From: Antedon mediterranea
Taxonomy: Eukaryota; Animalia; Echinodermata
NCBI RefSeq assembly: GCF_964355755.1
Contig: NC_092679.1
Location: 10,895,432 to 10,959,431, forward strand
Reading direction: 5' to 3'
Length of the DNA stretch: 64,000 bases
Under the pieces are notes generated by a model, which saw nothing but the letters and a program-made list of their open reading frames with translations, was not told where the DNA came from and did not search any database. Position 1 is the first letter of the stretch; the number at the start of each line of letters is the position of its first letter. Both the position numbers and the translations under genes were made by a program. Positions 1 to 12,491 of the stretch are shown here, piece after piece.

Positions 1-174
1 CAATTATAAAAGGAGGCACGGAAAGACCAAACAGGTGTTAAAACCTATGCTAGTTGGTCAACCCAGAACAGAGAAAAATAAATTACGTTCTACAATAAAA
101 GCATCGACAAGAAAGCGACCAACTACACATATTTTCAATATCAAAATTATTTTAAAAATAAATATTGAGATATT

Positions 175-522
175 AATAGAAATAATTTTACATTTAGAAG
201 TATTAAAATTCAAATCCCATTTTTTAGACCAGGTGCTCAGAGTATCAATATCAATCTGAAGTGAATGGCAATCCTGGACACTGTGAATTTCTCTGTAACA
301 TTTGGCATCATCAGCATAAAGAGCAATATTTGTGTCACAACTTAAATTATCAGGCAGATCATTAATATATAGGATAAACATTAATGGCCCTAGAATCGAT
401 CCCTGTGGGACACCTGATGATACTGGGAACCACTCTGAAGACTGACCTTCAATTACAACTTTCTGTGTTCGGTTTGTTATATAATTACGAAACCAGGTAA
501 GTAAGTTACCAGATATACCATA
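175..522 (-). pseudogene. CR1/L2-type LINE reverse-transcriptase fragment (second half of RT)
   Basis: Minus-strand translation YGISGNLLTWFRNY...GVPQGSILGPLMFILYINDLP...LYADD...W.LNFN.SKC, the canonical non-LTR RT motifs; homology is lost after KCKIISI. Confidence 0.9.
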
Positions 523-720
523 AAAGATATAAAGATAAAACGAATTAAATCAGATCAGCACCACCCGTAACTCGTATCACAGTGAATTCCTTTTCTGATA
601 ATCGAGCAAATTAGAATTTATATTAACATAATAGTATTTCTTAAAGCTACCCATTTTTCTATACTTGTTTCTTTATTGTTATATCTTTCACATTCAATGT
701 TAAGCATATTGCTTTCCTTT

Positions 721-3695
721 TAGTCCAGTCCCTAAGGGGAAATGATGTTACCATAGTGGATACAAGTGTGCCCTTTGGCATGTTGATAGAACATGATATG
801 GAGATACCAAAACAAAGTTACTGGAAATCTGATTTGACCTCTGTGACCTCTGACCTCAATTTTTATATTTCTATCTTAAACAGCCATATCTCCGCAACGG
901 GTTTGACAATTGAAATGATATTGGTGTCAAATAGATCAGAGGGTACATATTTATATTCGCTCTAATAGAACTTTTTTCCAAAAAACGACCGGAAATGTAA
1001 TTTCTCAATGTTTTGACCTTTGACCTCGGCTTACTATATCTCAATAACTACTGGTCAAAATTTCTTGAAATTTGTTTCAAATTGTTAAGAGCATACATAT
1101 TTATATATACTCTAATTAAACATGTTCTTCCAAATCCACAGGAAATGTCATTTACTGACCTTTGACCTTTAATGTTTAAATATGTCTGTATCTCTGTAAC
1201 CAAATGTCATAAAAAGTTCAACTTGGTGTCAAAATGTTCAAAATGTAAACATTTATATTAGCCCTAATAGAAGATGTTATCATATTTTTACTGGAAATGC
1301 CAGTTTGAGGTATGACCAGGATATACTGTTAAGCGTGCGTGTGTCATACTTATAATAATATACCTAAAATATAGATTTAATGGACCAGAACTACATTCAA
1401 TATCCTATCTAGCCTTTTACAACTTTTTTAAAACTTAATGTTTAATTTAATTTCAATATATAATTCCATCGCATGGTAGGCCTACACCGTAAGAGCAACA
1501 CTTAATATCAACAAAAAATTAAATAAACTTAAAAGTTAAATAACATTAAAAAAAAAAAAAGAAAATCAGGATCTTAAAGAAAGAAAAGAAGAATTAACCA
1601 ATGCGATTTGATACTCATAAAACATATGACCTAATTATCAATTAATTGCTTGAAGTATGCTGACAAAATAAAATGCTTGAAACAGTGAGGAAAAAGCGAA
1701 GAAAAGAAAAACATATGTTTAAAATATTAGAAATCTGAAAAGGATCAAAGACAAATTAATTACAAAGCTGATTTCTTTTCAAGAACATACTGTAGTGGAA
1801 TATAAAAGGAAAACAAACCAGTGAGCAGTCAAAATTACCATCTTGGCTTGATGAGGCAATAACACATCCAGCTCATAACACTATACAACAAAATCTTTGA
1901 AACCAGAAGAAATTAAGAGAAGCAATGATAATTATACTTTAATCCACAAAAACATGACAAAACTGACATCAACCATTACCGACCAAACGAACATTATCAC
2001 ATGTACACAAATAATTTACAAAAGTAATCAAAAAACAAAATCAGAGACCGACTAGAAGTAAATAAACCAATATATAAGGCTTTATACAGTAGGACCATCT
2101 TATACAGTTGGTCAATCAACTAAAATAAAAAGGAAATGAATATCACCAAATCTTTGATTTAGAGATTATCAGAAAGCATTTGACTCAATAAAACAGGCAT
2201 TACCATATTAGAGGGAAATATTATACCTCAACAAATATTGATTACGATTGTTCAAAGAGAAGTTAAGGAAGATTAGTAAGACAAGGCGACACTTAAGATC
2301 TTCACTGCATTGGAAGAGGTGTTTAATCAAAGAGCTAATCTAAAAAATAGAGTAAATATCACTTTAAAGACAAAATAAACAGTTAATTTAACCAAAATCA
2401 CAATTGACTTCCAGCCTATTTTTTGCTTTAAATTACAGTTTTTTTGGGTATGCACTATATCATTTTTTTTTCAATCCAATTTTTGGTGAAACTATTATGT
2501 GTGACATTAAAATTGCATATTCAACAAAAATATTTGTCAAAATTACTTTTGTCAGGGGGAAAATAAGTATATCTTTAATAGCATGTGATATTATTAGCAA
2601 ATATTTCAAATGTAGTTTTAAAACTTTCCCATTACAAACAATTGCCATAATTCTGATAACATTACAATACACCCATCCTCTGGGACTTATTTTCAAATGT
2701 AGCTAAAAACTTTCCAGTACAATTCCGGTCATTTTGATATGTATAGATGCATGCAGTAGCATTGGAAAGGCGAGAGAGGGGGAGGTGGTTGGGGTGATGG
2801 AGAGACACATATTTTTTACATGTTTGTCTACACTATAAACTAGTTTAACAAAAAAGGTGTGATGTGCCCAAATATGGTAGTGATATGTCATTCATCGTGT
2901 CCATATATGGGCACATCACATTTTTTTGTCGCATAAAAATGTTATAGTGTAGACAGAGTTTAATATTTGTGTAACATGTAACAAAAATATGTGTCTCTCC
3001 ATCCACCCCAACCCCCTCTCCTCTCTCGATCTCTTTTTTTAGATTATTAGTTGCTAAATATATGCAAAACGATGGGTCATAGCTCAAAATGACATTTCCA
3101 ATTGAATTCTGACAAAATATTTTGTTAGAGCAAATATAAATGTGTATATTCTAAAAAAAAATTTGACACCAAACTGAACTTTTTAGGACAAATAGTTACC
3201 GAGATATTGACATATTCAAACATTAAAGGTCAAGGGTCAAAAAAGCTTAATTTATGGTAATTTTTTGAAAAAAGTTTCTATTAGACTAAATATTAGATTT
3301 ATTTTCTTAACATTTTGAGCCCATTCTCAAATCTCTGAGATTGCGTGTTATTGAGATATTAGGCAATCAAGGTCAAAGGTCAAACTGAAAAATAAAGCCT
3401 TTGCGGCCATTTTTGTACAATTATTTTCATTATAGCGAATATAAATATATATCTTCCAAGCATTTAAAAAAATAAATAAATGTAAAATGTCCCTGCGTTT
3501 CCAAGATATGGCGATTTTTAGTTATATAATAGAAAAATATAAAAATTGAGGTCAGAGGTCACAGAGGTCAAATCAGATTTCCAGTAACTTTGTTTTGGCA
3601 TCTCCACACTATACTCTACCAAACTGCTATACTGAAAAATTTGTATCCAGTTTGGTAACATCCCACCCCTTTTTCTCCCCTTAGGGACTGGACTA
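721..3695. mobile_element. Non-autonomous TIR/foldback DNA transposon, Academ-like
   Basis: 20-bp TIR TAGTCCAGTCCCTAAGGGGA at 721 with exact reverse complement ending 3695, flanked by TTT/TTT. Long subterminal inverted repeat (800-875 vs 3532-3605) with TGACCT motifs. TAG termini plus a 3-bp TSD fit Academ. Confidence 0.7.
2770..3030. repeat. Imperfect internal palindrome of the Academ-like element (centre ~2890)
   Basis: GATGGAGAGACACATATTTTT vs AAAAATATGTGTCTCTCCATC; TGTGATGTGCCCA vs TGGGCACATCACA; TGTCTACACTATAA vs TTATAGTGTAGACA. Confidence 0.85.
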
Positions 3696-3849
3696 TTTTG
3701 AATGAATTCCATAAAGATTTACCCACTGGCTTATTTAATGCTGATTTATTCTATAAATAGTGAAGGCTGCAAATGTGTAAATATAGGCCTAATCTACTAT
3801 TCCATCGATATAGCTAATTAAATTACTGTATGTCAATAAATAAAAAATA

Positions 3850-4766
3850 TTATATAACACCTAAATAAATTCCTGTCATTTGATTGGAACGAATGTGGGT
3901 CACATGGCGTGCAATAGTACGCACTATTCAACGATCGTTAAATAGTACTTTTTGAAACATTTTTGTGTACGAAAAAAAAAACGTCTCGCGGATGAAAAAA
4001 AATCTAGTACACAAATTATCCTATGATATGGCTATGTACTGTGAAATACAACAGCGCCACCTGTCGTCTGGTCTGAGTTTCATTTGTAAACACCACCGCG
4101 AGATATGCAACAGCAGCAGATATTTGTGTACGATTTGGACATTATGTACTAATTTCATTCAAAAAGGCATTTAAATTAGCTTTAGATCGTTTTTAGGATT
4201 TTGATTAATTAATGGGGACATCCCTACAGGACGTGGAATTGTTGGAAAAACCATAATTAGCTTAGATAAGTTCCAATTGTCTGTCGAAGTTTTGCCTTTC
4301 AGCCAAGCTAGTACTAGGCTACTAGGTCTAGCCTAGGCCATGCTAGTATTAGGCTAGGCCTAGCCTAGGCGTTTTAGCCTTGCTAGGCCTAGGATTGTTT
4401 GGTCGTTTGTTGACATAATTAACACAAAAGTAGGTGTGTTTACGAAATCCATATAAATATAACATTTAATATAAAATTATTTAAAACGAAATGTTACTGT
4501 TTTTAATCAATGTGTGTGAATGAAATGTAGTAAACTTTGGCTAGGGCTACCTTTTATTTGATTCAAATAACTAGAATTTATTTAGATGTTATATAAAACA
4601 AATAATGAATGTTTTGTATTCGTGTAATGGTACAAATAATGGCACTTGGTGAATGATGAAAGGTATATATTTCAACTCGGCTCATCGCCTCGTTGAAATA
4701 TAACCTTTCATCATTCACCTCGTGCCATTATTTGTACCATTACACTCATAAACATTCATTATTTGT
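3850..4766. mobile_element. Non-autonomous element with asymmetric inverted repeats and terminal ~170-bp hairpin (Crypton-like, tentative)
   Basis: TTATATAACACCTAAATAAATTC (3850-3872) is inverted at 4574-4596 and immediately followed by a near-perfect hairpin 4598-4766 with loop region CGGCTCATCGCCTCG. The family label is inference. Confidence 0.55.
4300..4392. repeat. CTAG/TAGGCCTA-rich low-complexity tract
   Basis: Dense overlapping TAGGC/GCCTAG/TAGGCCTA words. Confidence 0.8.
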
Positions 4767-4859
4767 ATATTAACTTACAGTAGCATCCCACTCTCATCAC
4801 CCCACAAAGTATAAAAGTGCATGCATGTTCCATATTAATTTATTTACGACGTATGAATT

Positions 4860-5890
4860 GATGGAACGAACAATCGAGATGAAAATAACGCATGCAATCT
4901 CCATTGCAAAATTAGGTTCCATTTAAGTATAAATTCTAATATTCCCGACCTCAAAATAATTAGTGTTATAACTACGGTAACTGTATTTAGCTTCCTAGAA
5001 TTTCGTCCACCCCTCCGAACATGTTTTCAACATCGTATGAACAAACAAGGTGACCGACTTCATTGCAAAATTAGGTTCCATTGCATTATTGCGAATTTAA
5101 GGTTGTTTCCGACTTCGAAGTAATACTTACTTAGAATTTCGCTCACCACCCCCATTCCCATCCAAACTTGTTTCCCACATCGTAATATGAACAAACGAGA
5201 TGACGACTTTATTGCAAAATTACGTTCAATTATTTGCGAATTTACGTTGTGTTCCCAACCTTAAAATAACTGTATCATGTATTTAGCTTGCTTAGAATTT
5301 CGCTCACCACATTCCCATCCAAACTGTTTCTCACATCGATATGAACAAATGAGATGACAACTTCATTGCACAATTATGATCCATTATTGCGCATTTATGT
5401 TCAAATGTTTCCGACATCAAGGTAAAAAGTACCAGCTGAATAAAATATCTAACATATTGCAAAATTAGTCTCTATTATTGGGAATGTTTCCGACATCAAA
5501 TATTGTTAAAACTTTATGAAAATGCTGAACTAATTAGGTACCATTATTTATTTATTGTGATATGCATGTTCAACTGTTACATTCTATTACGGTACGTGAC
5601 ATGAAAAGATTGATAACAAAAGAGAACAAGGCAATATCTCATCTTTATTGTAAAATTTGGTTCCATTATAATGTTTCCGACCTTATGAGTTATTGTTTTG
5701 ATGAAACAATTTGATGAATTTCCCCTCGACTACCTTTAGGCCTACCATCTCTTATTTATTTATTATAGGTCAAACATACATGTGTAATAAATGAGATGAT
5801 GAAATTATAACGAATATCCAACTAACAATTTGCGACTTAGGTTCGCCATAGTATTGCGAATTTATGTTTTAATGTTTCAGACATCAAAGT
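4860..5890 (+). repeat. Degenerate tandem repeat, ~120-190-bp units
   Basis: Recurrent GAACAAA.GAGATGA..C..CATTGCAAAATTAGGTTCCA...GTTTCCGAC.TC motif in several diverged copies. Confidence 0.7.
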
Positions 5891-6254
5891 AAATATAGTG
5901 TTATACTGTAGGTATAATAAGTGACAAAAATGTGATCATGTAACTAATATTTTTAAAGAACTTATAAATAAAAAACATAGGCCTAAATAACATTGGTCAT
6001 ATACATTTAAAAAAACGGAATTGATTAAATAGAAGCAATGTTAAACAAAAAAATGTATATAATAATAATCAGTAGAATAACAGGATACATTCATATTCAA
6101 CGAATAATCATTTTAATTTGAAAACATAAACATAGAAATTCATAAAACCGAACAAAATAATAACGGGAATAATGTACCGACGAAAGGAAGGTCAAATCAA
6201 AATATTACTAGAAAATAATGCAGCAATAGCGTCCCATAACTCAAACACTAAACG

Positions 6255-6337
6255 CTTTAGCGCCAAAGGCAAATTGTCCCAGACCATGTCCGCATAACAT
6301 GCAGACGTGACTTCAGACACTTTCCTTTGGCGCTAAA
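6255..6337. repeat. Short inverted repeat (MITE remnant)
   Basis: TTTAGCGCCAAAGG.AA.TGTC vs GACAC.TTCCTTTGGCGCTAAA. Confidence 0.6.
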
Positions 6338-7039
6338 ACGAGTAGTCTTCTTTTCCAGCTGCTTAGAAAGGGGTCGGAGGCTTCCCATCATGCATTTCGA
6401 GTTTTCTAGAATTTTCGATGAACAGTGCCTTTCGTTTTTTACACTAAAATAGTAAATTTTCGTCGTATGTTTCAGTTATAATGGTTTAATTTCATACAAT
6501 GAGTAAAGGTTATTAGGTTAGAAATACTCCGGTTAATAATTTTCAGTTTGTGTTTATTTGGAAATAAGTAATATCAATATTTATAACACGATTAGCTCGC
6601 CAGAAACGTGCTGCCAAATTAAGTGACCTAGCCTTGTGCGATACAGGCCACGCGAACCTCATTTGGCAATGTCACTTCATTTGGCGTTACAAGCCCAAAC
6701 AGAAAACTGCTCTTACTCCATCATTACTTATAAAATACAAAAATAACAAAACTAAGTAGCACAAATTAAGTCAAAATAAAACAAAACAAAGTTATAATGA
6801 GATACACCAATTAAAAATAAGCTGCATTGAATAAACAATATAAACAATTACAACTTAATATTTTGAGATCAAATGTTTGATTACAGGGTTAATTACCATA
6901 TCTAAAAAACTACTAGTCCGAGAGAGTTGATTTTTTCACTGATCTATTCAAAATGTATATATTTATATTTACTTTAATGAAACATTTTACGAATGAAAAA
7001 ACTAGGACCGTGATTCACCAGAGGTCCAAGCTAGGCTCC

Positions 7040-7093
7040 AGGCCGAATAGTCCCTGGGCCGAATCGTCTCAGGGCCGAATCGTCCCGCTACCC
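7040..7093 (+). mobile_element. Right end of a MITE with 15-16-bp subterminal repeats (same family as 56280-56990)
   Basis: GGCCGAATAGTCCC / GGCCGAATCGTCTCA / GGCCGAATCGTCC repeats match 56926-56983. Confidence 0.7.
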
Positions 7094-7456
7094 GGGGCCC
7101 GCTACCCTTCTAATAGTAACCCACTTACAGTATAACAACCCACTACTAATAACGGTAACCCATGGGGGTTACTATTTTAGGGTCACAAAAACTATTGACA
7201 AAATTTATGAAGACTGGTCCGTTTATGATACAACCGTATTTTAAAAATAAGGAGATAATGCATGTGGATCTCGGGGAGTGGGGGGAGGATTGAGTGTTTT
7301 TGTGAGTTTACAAAATAAAGTTAGAGTTTAAACAAATTTTATTCGTACTGTTTTATTATTTTTCTATGAGTTGCTGACTGGAAAAGTTGGGGTGGGTTAC
7401 TATTTTCACGTGCCTAATTTAAGAGTAATAGTAACCCACTACTCTAGTAGTAACCC

Positions 7457-8183
7457 TGTTAGATCTTTCCCATGCAGCGCGCCCCCAGCGTTTGAAATTG
7501 TATTTGTGAGGTAGAACGAACTTTGACTTCGCGTCGGAAGAGCGCAACTAGCATCAGTCGGCGATGCACGTGGGTTTATTGATGGTAGAAAATGCCAGAT
7601 TTGCGAGCGTAAATGCCAAATTACACATTGTGTTCAGTTGCAGATGATTACTAAATTGAGATAATGTTTGAAAGGAGAATATTGACATAAGATTTGAGGC
7701 TTAGAGCGGTCATATTCACGTAAGGATTGTTCTATGCATATTATTGATTTGACATGTTAATTAATTGTTTGTATTTGCTGTAATTCAGATGATGATACTG
7801 TTCACATTGTTTGCCATATTTTAATGTATTACTATGATTAGTACGGTAACTGAAGAAGTTAAGTAATACGGAATTTTAATAATTGAGCGTAAGCATTGAA
7901 TGACGACGATAATGAAGGAATTTATGTTAGACGATTATAACATGTGCTTTGTGACGATTGTGACTGATTTACTTCAGTTTTATTTTATGGTAACTTGTAT
8001 TTATACTTTGTATTTAGTCACCGAACGAACTAACAAAAGGTAGTCAGACAGACACGGTTGGAACATAATAAATTGAAGATTGTTTAACTGATGGTCATAG
8101 TGTTGCCTTGTTCGCGTTTGTGTGATTTGACTAAACGACGCCCTCTACATTCCAAACTTGCTCCGAGCCCAAGAGCAGTTACA
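7457..8183 (+). repeat. 5' LTR of BEL/Pao element
   Basis: TGTTAGATC...GAGCAGTTACA, matches 12492-13247. Confidence 0.95.
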
Positions 8184-8290
8184 GTGAGTGAATGACAACT
8201 AGCAGTGAGTGACGACGTCGACGACATCGTGTAAAGCTACTGTGGAAAAGTACTGGTTCTTCAACGACTGGAAGAACATCTGAGCACAAC

Positions 8291-10050
8291 ATGGCTACTC
8301 AATATAGTAGACAGCGGAGAAACTGTAAAGGCGCGATGACGCGAGCAGTGAACTTGTGGAAGTCTGCCCTTGACAAAGAGGGAGTAAACATCAAAACCGT
8401 TGAGGATCTCTTCCAGAAAGTGACAACTACATTTGAAGCCGTGTGGAGTCCGCGCATCGAAGCTTGTCCGACGAAATCGAAGACGACGAGGCCTACGCGC
8501 AAGAGGAGAAATGGATGGAAGAAGTCCAGGGTACTTTCCTGGAAGTAAGACTTGCAACCGAGAGCTTTCTGAAGGATAAGGTTAGTCCATCCAGTGATGG
8601 GAGTGCGGTAGTTGTACCTACCACTACTTCAGGTAACCATGATAATATTGATGGTGATAATGTTAGTAACATAAGTGTGTCATCAAATCGTTTAAGTGAT
8701 TTCAAAGAAATTAAGTTAGCACTAGAACTGCCTAAGGCAGAATATCTCAAGTTTTCTGGCGATCCTATTGAATATTTTTCTTTCATAACTAACTTTGAAG
8801 TTAATATCGAATCAAAACTAAGTTGTAATGCTACTCGTCTGCAACATTTGAAGACTATGTGTAAAGGCAAAGCGCGTAGCTATATCGAGTGCTGTGACTT
8901 GTTAGGCGACGGAGGCTATGATGAAGCCAAATGCATTTTAAAGAGCCAGTTCGGTCAACCTCACATGATACTAGGCGCGCTAATGCATGAGCTTACCAAC
9001 AGAAATCCTGTTAGGGCTAATGATGCCGATTCCCTTTGGGATCTTATCGCCTCAATGAAAAAATGCTTTGTTACATTAACTAAGCTCGGCTACACAAATG
9101 ATCTAAATAGCACTACAAACATCTTAAAGGTGCAGGATCTTTTGCCCAACCACTTGCAAACAACATGGATTAAAAAGGCGCATGACATCCTAACTAGTGA
9201 AAATAGGGAGCCTGGGTTTAAAGATTTGCTTAGTTTGCTAGTAAAGAACGCAGAAATATCGTCAACGATGTTCGGTAAGAATCTATCGAAATCCAGACAT
9301 TCTGCGAGTGACAGAAGGAGTCACGAGTCAGTTAACGTTCAGTCTAATCACATAAGTAGCAAGCCAGTAAGGTGTTTTGTTTGTGATGGTAATCACCAGG
9401 TTTACAAGTGCAAAGAACTTGTTGAAGGTAATTACGAAAAGAGAGTGGAAATTGCTAAATCCAAGAGACTGTGTTTTAGGTGTTTAGTATCCGGTCATAT
9501 AGGTTCTAGATGCACAAGAAAATGGACCTGCAAGTGCGGATCTGAGAAACACCATAACATGCTGCATCCGCCTTCTCCCCCAGTCGTTGAGGTAACGGAC
9601 GAAGCTAAGGTGAATTCTGGAGTTGTTTCCAGTGGAAACAAGGTATTCATGAGAATCCTGCCAGTGATCGTGACAGCGAAAAATGGAAATCAGGTAAGCA
9701 CTTTGGCTTTGTTAGATCACGGATCAGACACAAGCCTGTGTTCTGAAGACCTCAGATGTGCATTAGGTGCTAGAGGCGAGAGACTAAAGTACACGTCATC
9801 CACCATCAATGGAGACTTGGAGAACGAAGGTTGGAAGTTTGATTTAGGAGTCAAAGGTAAGTTTGAATGCCAAGAAATGAATGTCGAATTTCTGACTGTA
9901 GCTAAAATACCAGCACCAATGGAGAGTTTCCCTACTGTCTAGGAACTAGGTAAGTGGGAACATTTAAGGTCTTTTCCATGGGAGAATCCGAAGTCCGCTA
10001 AAGTCGACCTCTTAATCGGAGCAGACTCACCTCAAGCGTTTTGGGTGTTG
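8291..10050 (+). pseudogene. BEL gag-protease (frameshift ~8443, premature stop 9940)
   Basis: DUF1759-like gag (FSGDPIEY...RLQHL), three Cys/His knuckles (CFVC..H..C, CFRC...H...C, CKC...HH..LH), aspartic protease ALLDHGS, downstream VDLLIGAD. Confidence 0.9.
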
Positions 10051-10225
10051 CAGGGAATAATTTCGCCAGTGTAGCATAGCAAAAAGCTATACAAAACAAC
10101 CTTATTGCTACACATTTCTAAAATTGTGTATCAAAAAATACAATACAAAACTATGTTTCTTGAATCCAAAATCAGTTTGATTAGCATTATTGCTAAACAA
10201 AATTTTAAAATGAAATTTTTCCCTG
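10051..10225. mobile_element. 175-bp MITE inserted in BEL pol
   Basis: TIR CAGGGAATAATTTC / GAAATTTTTCCCTG, 5-bp TSD TGTTG; removal restores FWVL-DERKG in frame. Confidence 0.92.
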
Positions 10226-12408
10226 TGTTGGATGAAAGAAAGGGAAGACCTAAAGACCCTTATGGCGTAAAGACACCTCTTGGATGGTCGATTATGGGGC
10301 CAGGAGGACACGGTACCAAGAAGAGTTATTTTAACCGAATCCACGTCAGTAACCAGCGGCTTCTCGATGAGATTCAACGTTCATGGGCCATCAAAAATAG
10401 TGGACTGTCAGACGAGCAAGACTCAAAGGAAGACATCAGAGCGCATGAAATTATCCGCTCAACTATAAAGAAGATGGAAGATAATCATTATGAGATGGGT
10501 CTGCTTTGGAGAAGAGAAGACCACAATCTACCCAACAACAAATCGATGGCGTTGTCAAGACTTAGCTCGCTAAAGAGAAGACTAGTATCTGACGAGACCA
10601 TGCACTCTAAATATACCGAAGTTATTGAGGGTTACATCAAGAAGGGATACGCGGAGCCAGTGCTCAACGAAGGAAATGCCAGTAATGTCTGGTTTCTGCC
10701 CCATCATCCGGTTGTGCATCCTCATAAAAGGAAAGTTTGAGTCGTATATGACTGCGCTGCCAAGTTCGCTGGGACATCCTTGAATGATCATCTACTTAAA
10801 GGGCCAGGGTTTATGAACGATCTGTTAGGCGTGCTTATTCGATTCCGACAGAGGAAAGTAGCCATAGTTGCCGATATCGAAGCCATGTTCCATCAAGTAA
10901 GGATGATCGACTCCGACAGAGATGTGTTAAGATTCCTGTGGTGGGAGAACGGCAACCTAGATGCTCAGCCTAAAGAGTACCGGATGTGCGTGCACTTGTT
11001 TGGTGCAACCTCATCGCCATGCTGCTCTAGTAAAGCCTTGAAGCAGACAGCAGATGACAACGAGAAGCAGAATGAAGTTGGTAAGATGGCCATAGAGACC
11101 ATACGTACTGGATTTTATGTTGACGATTGTCTCAGCTCTGTTGAAAGTATAGATGTTGCGAAGCACTTGGTTCAGAGGCTCTCTGGTATTCTTAGTGAAG
11201 GTGGCTTCAGACTGACAAAATGGTTAAGCAATAACAGAGACGTGCTCGATAGCATAGACGAATCTGAACGAGCTCCATCAGTGTCGCTCTTTCTCGATGA
11301 GTTACCTACGGAACGGACCCTTGGTGTCTGTTGGGATGCCGGAAGCGACAGTTTTACTTTTCAGCTTACTCCCAAAGACAAACCGATGACCAGAAGAGGA
11401 CTGCTGTCAGTTACCAGTTCTGTATTTGACCCCTTAGGTATAGCTGCCCCATTTGTTTTATTAGCAAGGTCTCTTCTTCAAGAAGTTTGTAGGAGAGGTG
11501 CTGATTGGGATCAACCTTTAACTGAAGACGAGAAGAAGACATGGACTCAATGGCTCGACCGTACATCTATTCTATCACAGGTCAGCGTTCCTCGGTGGGT
11601 AAAACTTGATATAACTACTGCTGTGCAAATGCATATCTTCTGTGACGCGTCCGAAAAGGGGTATGCTGCAGTGGCCTATTTTCGTATCGAACCAGACGGT
11701 AAGAAGCCTACAGTTGAATTCATCATTGGTAGAGCTAGAGTTACACCGTTGAAACTTGTAACTATTCCCAGATTAGAACTGATGGCCGCAGTACTAGCCG
11801 CAACCCTCGACAGTACCATTCGAAGAGAGCTTTCTTATTCCATTAACGAGACCGTCTACTGGAGCGATTCTATGATTGTCCTCAGTTACATCAGAAATGA
11901 AAACCGTCGCTACAAAACCTTTGTAGCTAATAGAGTATCTAAGATACTTAGCGAATCCAGCAAACACCAATGGAGACACGTGCCAACCAAGGAGAATCCC
12001 GCTGACGAAGGTTCACGGGGTACTTATGAATTGGGTAAGTGGTTGACAGGTCCTGACTTTCTGTACAAAGATGAAGCCTATGGTAAAAGACGTTGGCGTC
12101 AGGTTCAATATTTAGCTAATATTTTTTGGACCCGTTGGAAGAAGGAGTACCTCCCTCTTCTCCAAAAGAGACACAAATGGACGACGCCTAGACAGAATGT
12201 GGAGGTATGTGACATTGTACTTTTAGTAGATGAAACCATGCCGAGAGGTAGATGGCCTATGGGCAAAGTTATCTCCGTCTACAAAGGCAAAGATGGAAAG
12301 GTACGTAGCGTTGATGTCAAGATTGCAGGTGGAGTTTTGAAACGTCCTATCGCAAAGCTTTGCATAATATACAGAGGATCCATCGCAAAAGATGTGAACC
12401 ATTGTTAA
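10226..12408 (+). pseudogene. BEL pol: RT, RNase H and integrase C-terminal remnant (stop at 10738; integrase core missing)
   Basis: TPLGW, WFLPHHPV, ADIEAMFHQV, LFGATSSP, FYVDD (RT); FCDAS, TIPRLEL, WSDS, NPAD (Pao RNase H); then directly the DUF5641-like FWTRWKKEYL...WPMG.V...VRSV. Confidence 0.93.
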
Positions 12409-12491
12409 TTATACATTGTTAATTAGTTAAGATTGTTTGTGGAATAAAGTTCTGAAATCCTGTGTTGTGTGTTTGATTTCAGCGTGGGGAG

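Noticed and set aside
1700-2400. Possible degraded minus-strand APE endonuclease inside the Academ-like element
   Set aside because: Only weak motif hints (GDIHF); too decayed to support.
756-3712. Two short ORFs sharing PKQSYWKSDLTSVTSDLNFYI
   Set aside because: They are translations of the element's inverted repeat.
8440-8450. Programmed gag frameshift
   Set aside because: No slippery heptamer; a GT dinucleotide duplication explains it, and other disabling stops are present.
10105-10225. N-terminus of the 211-aa ORF
   Set aside because: Read-through from the inserted MITE; not part of BEL pol.
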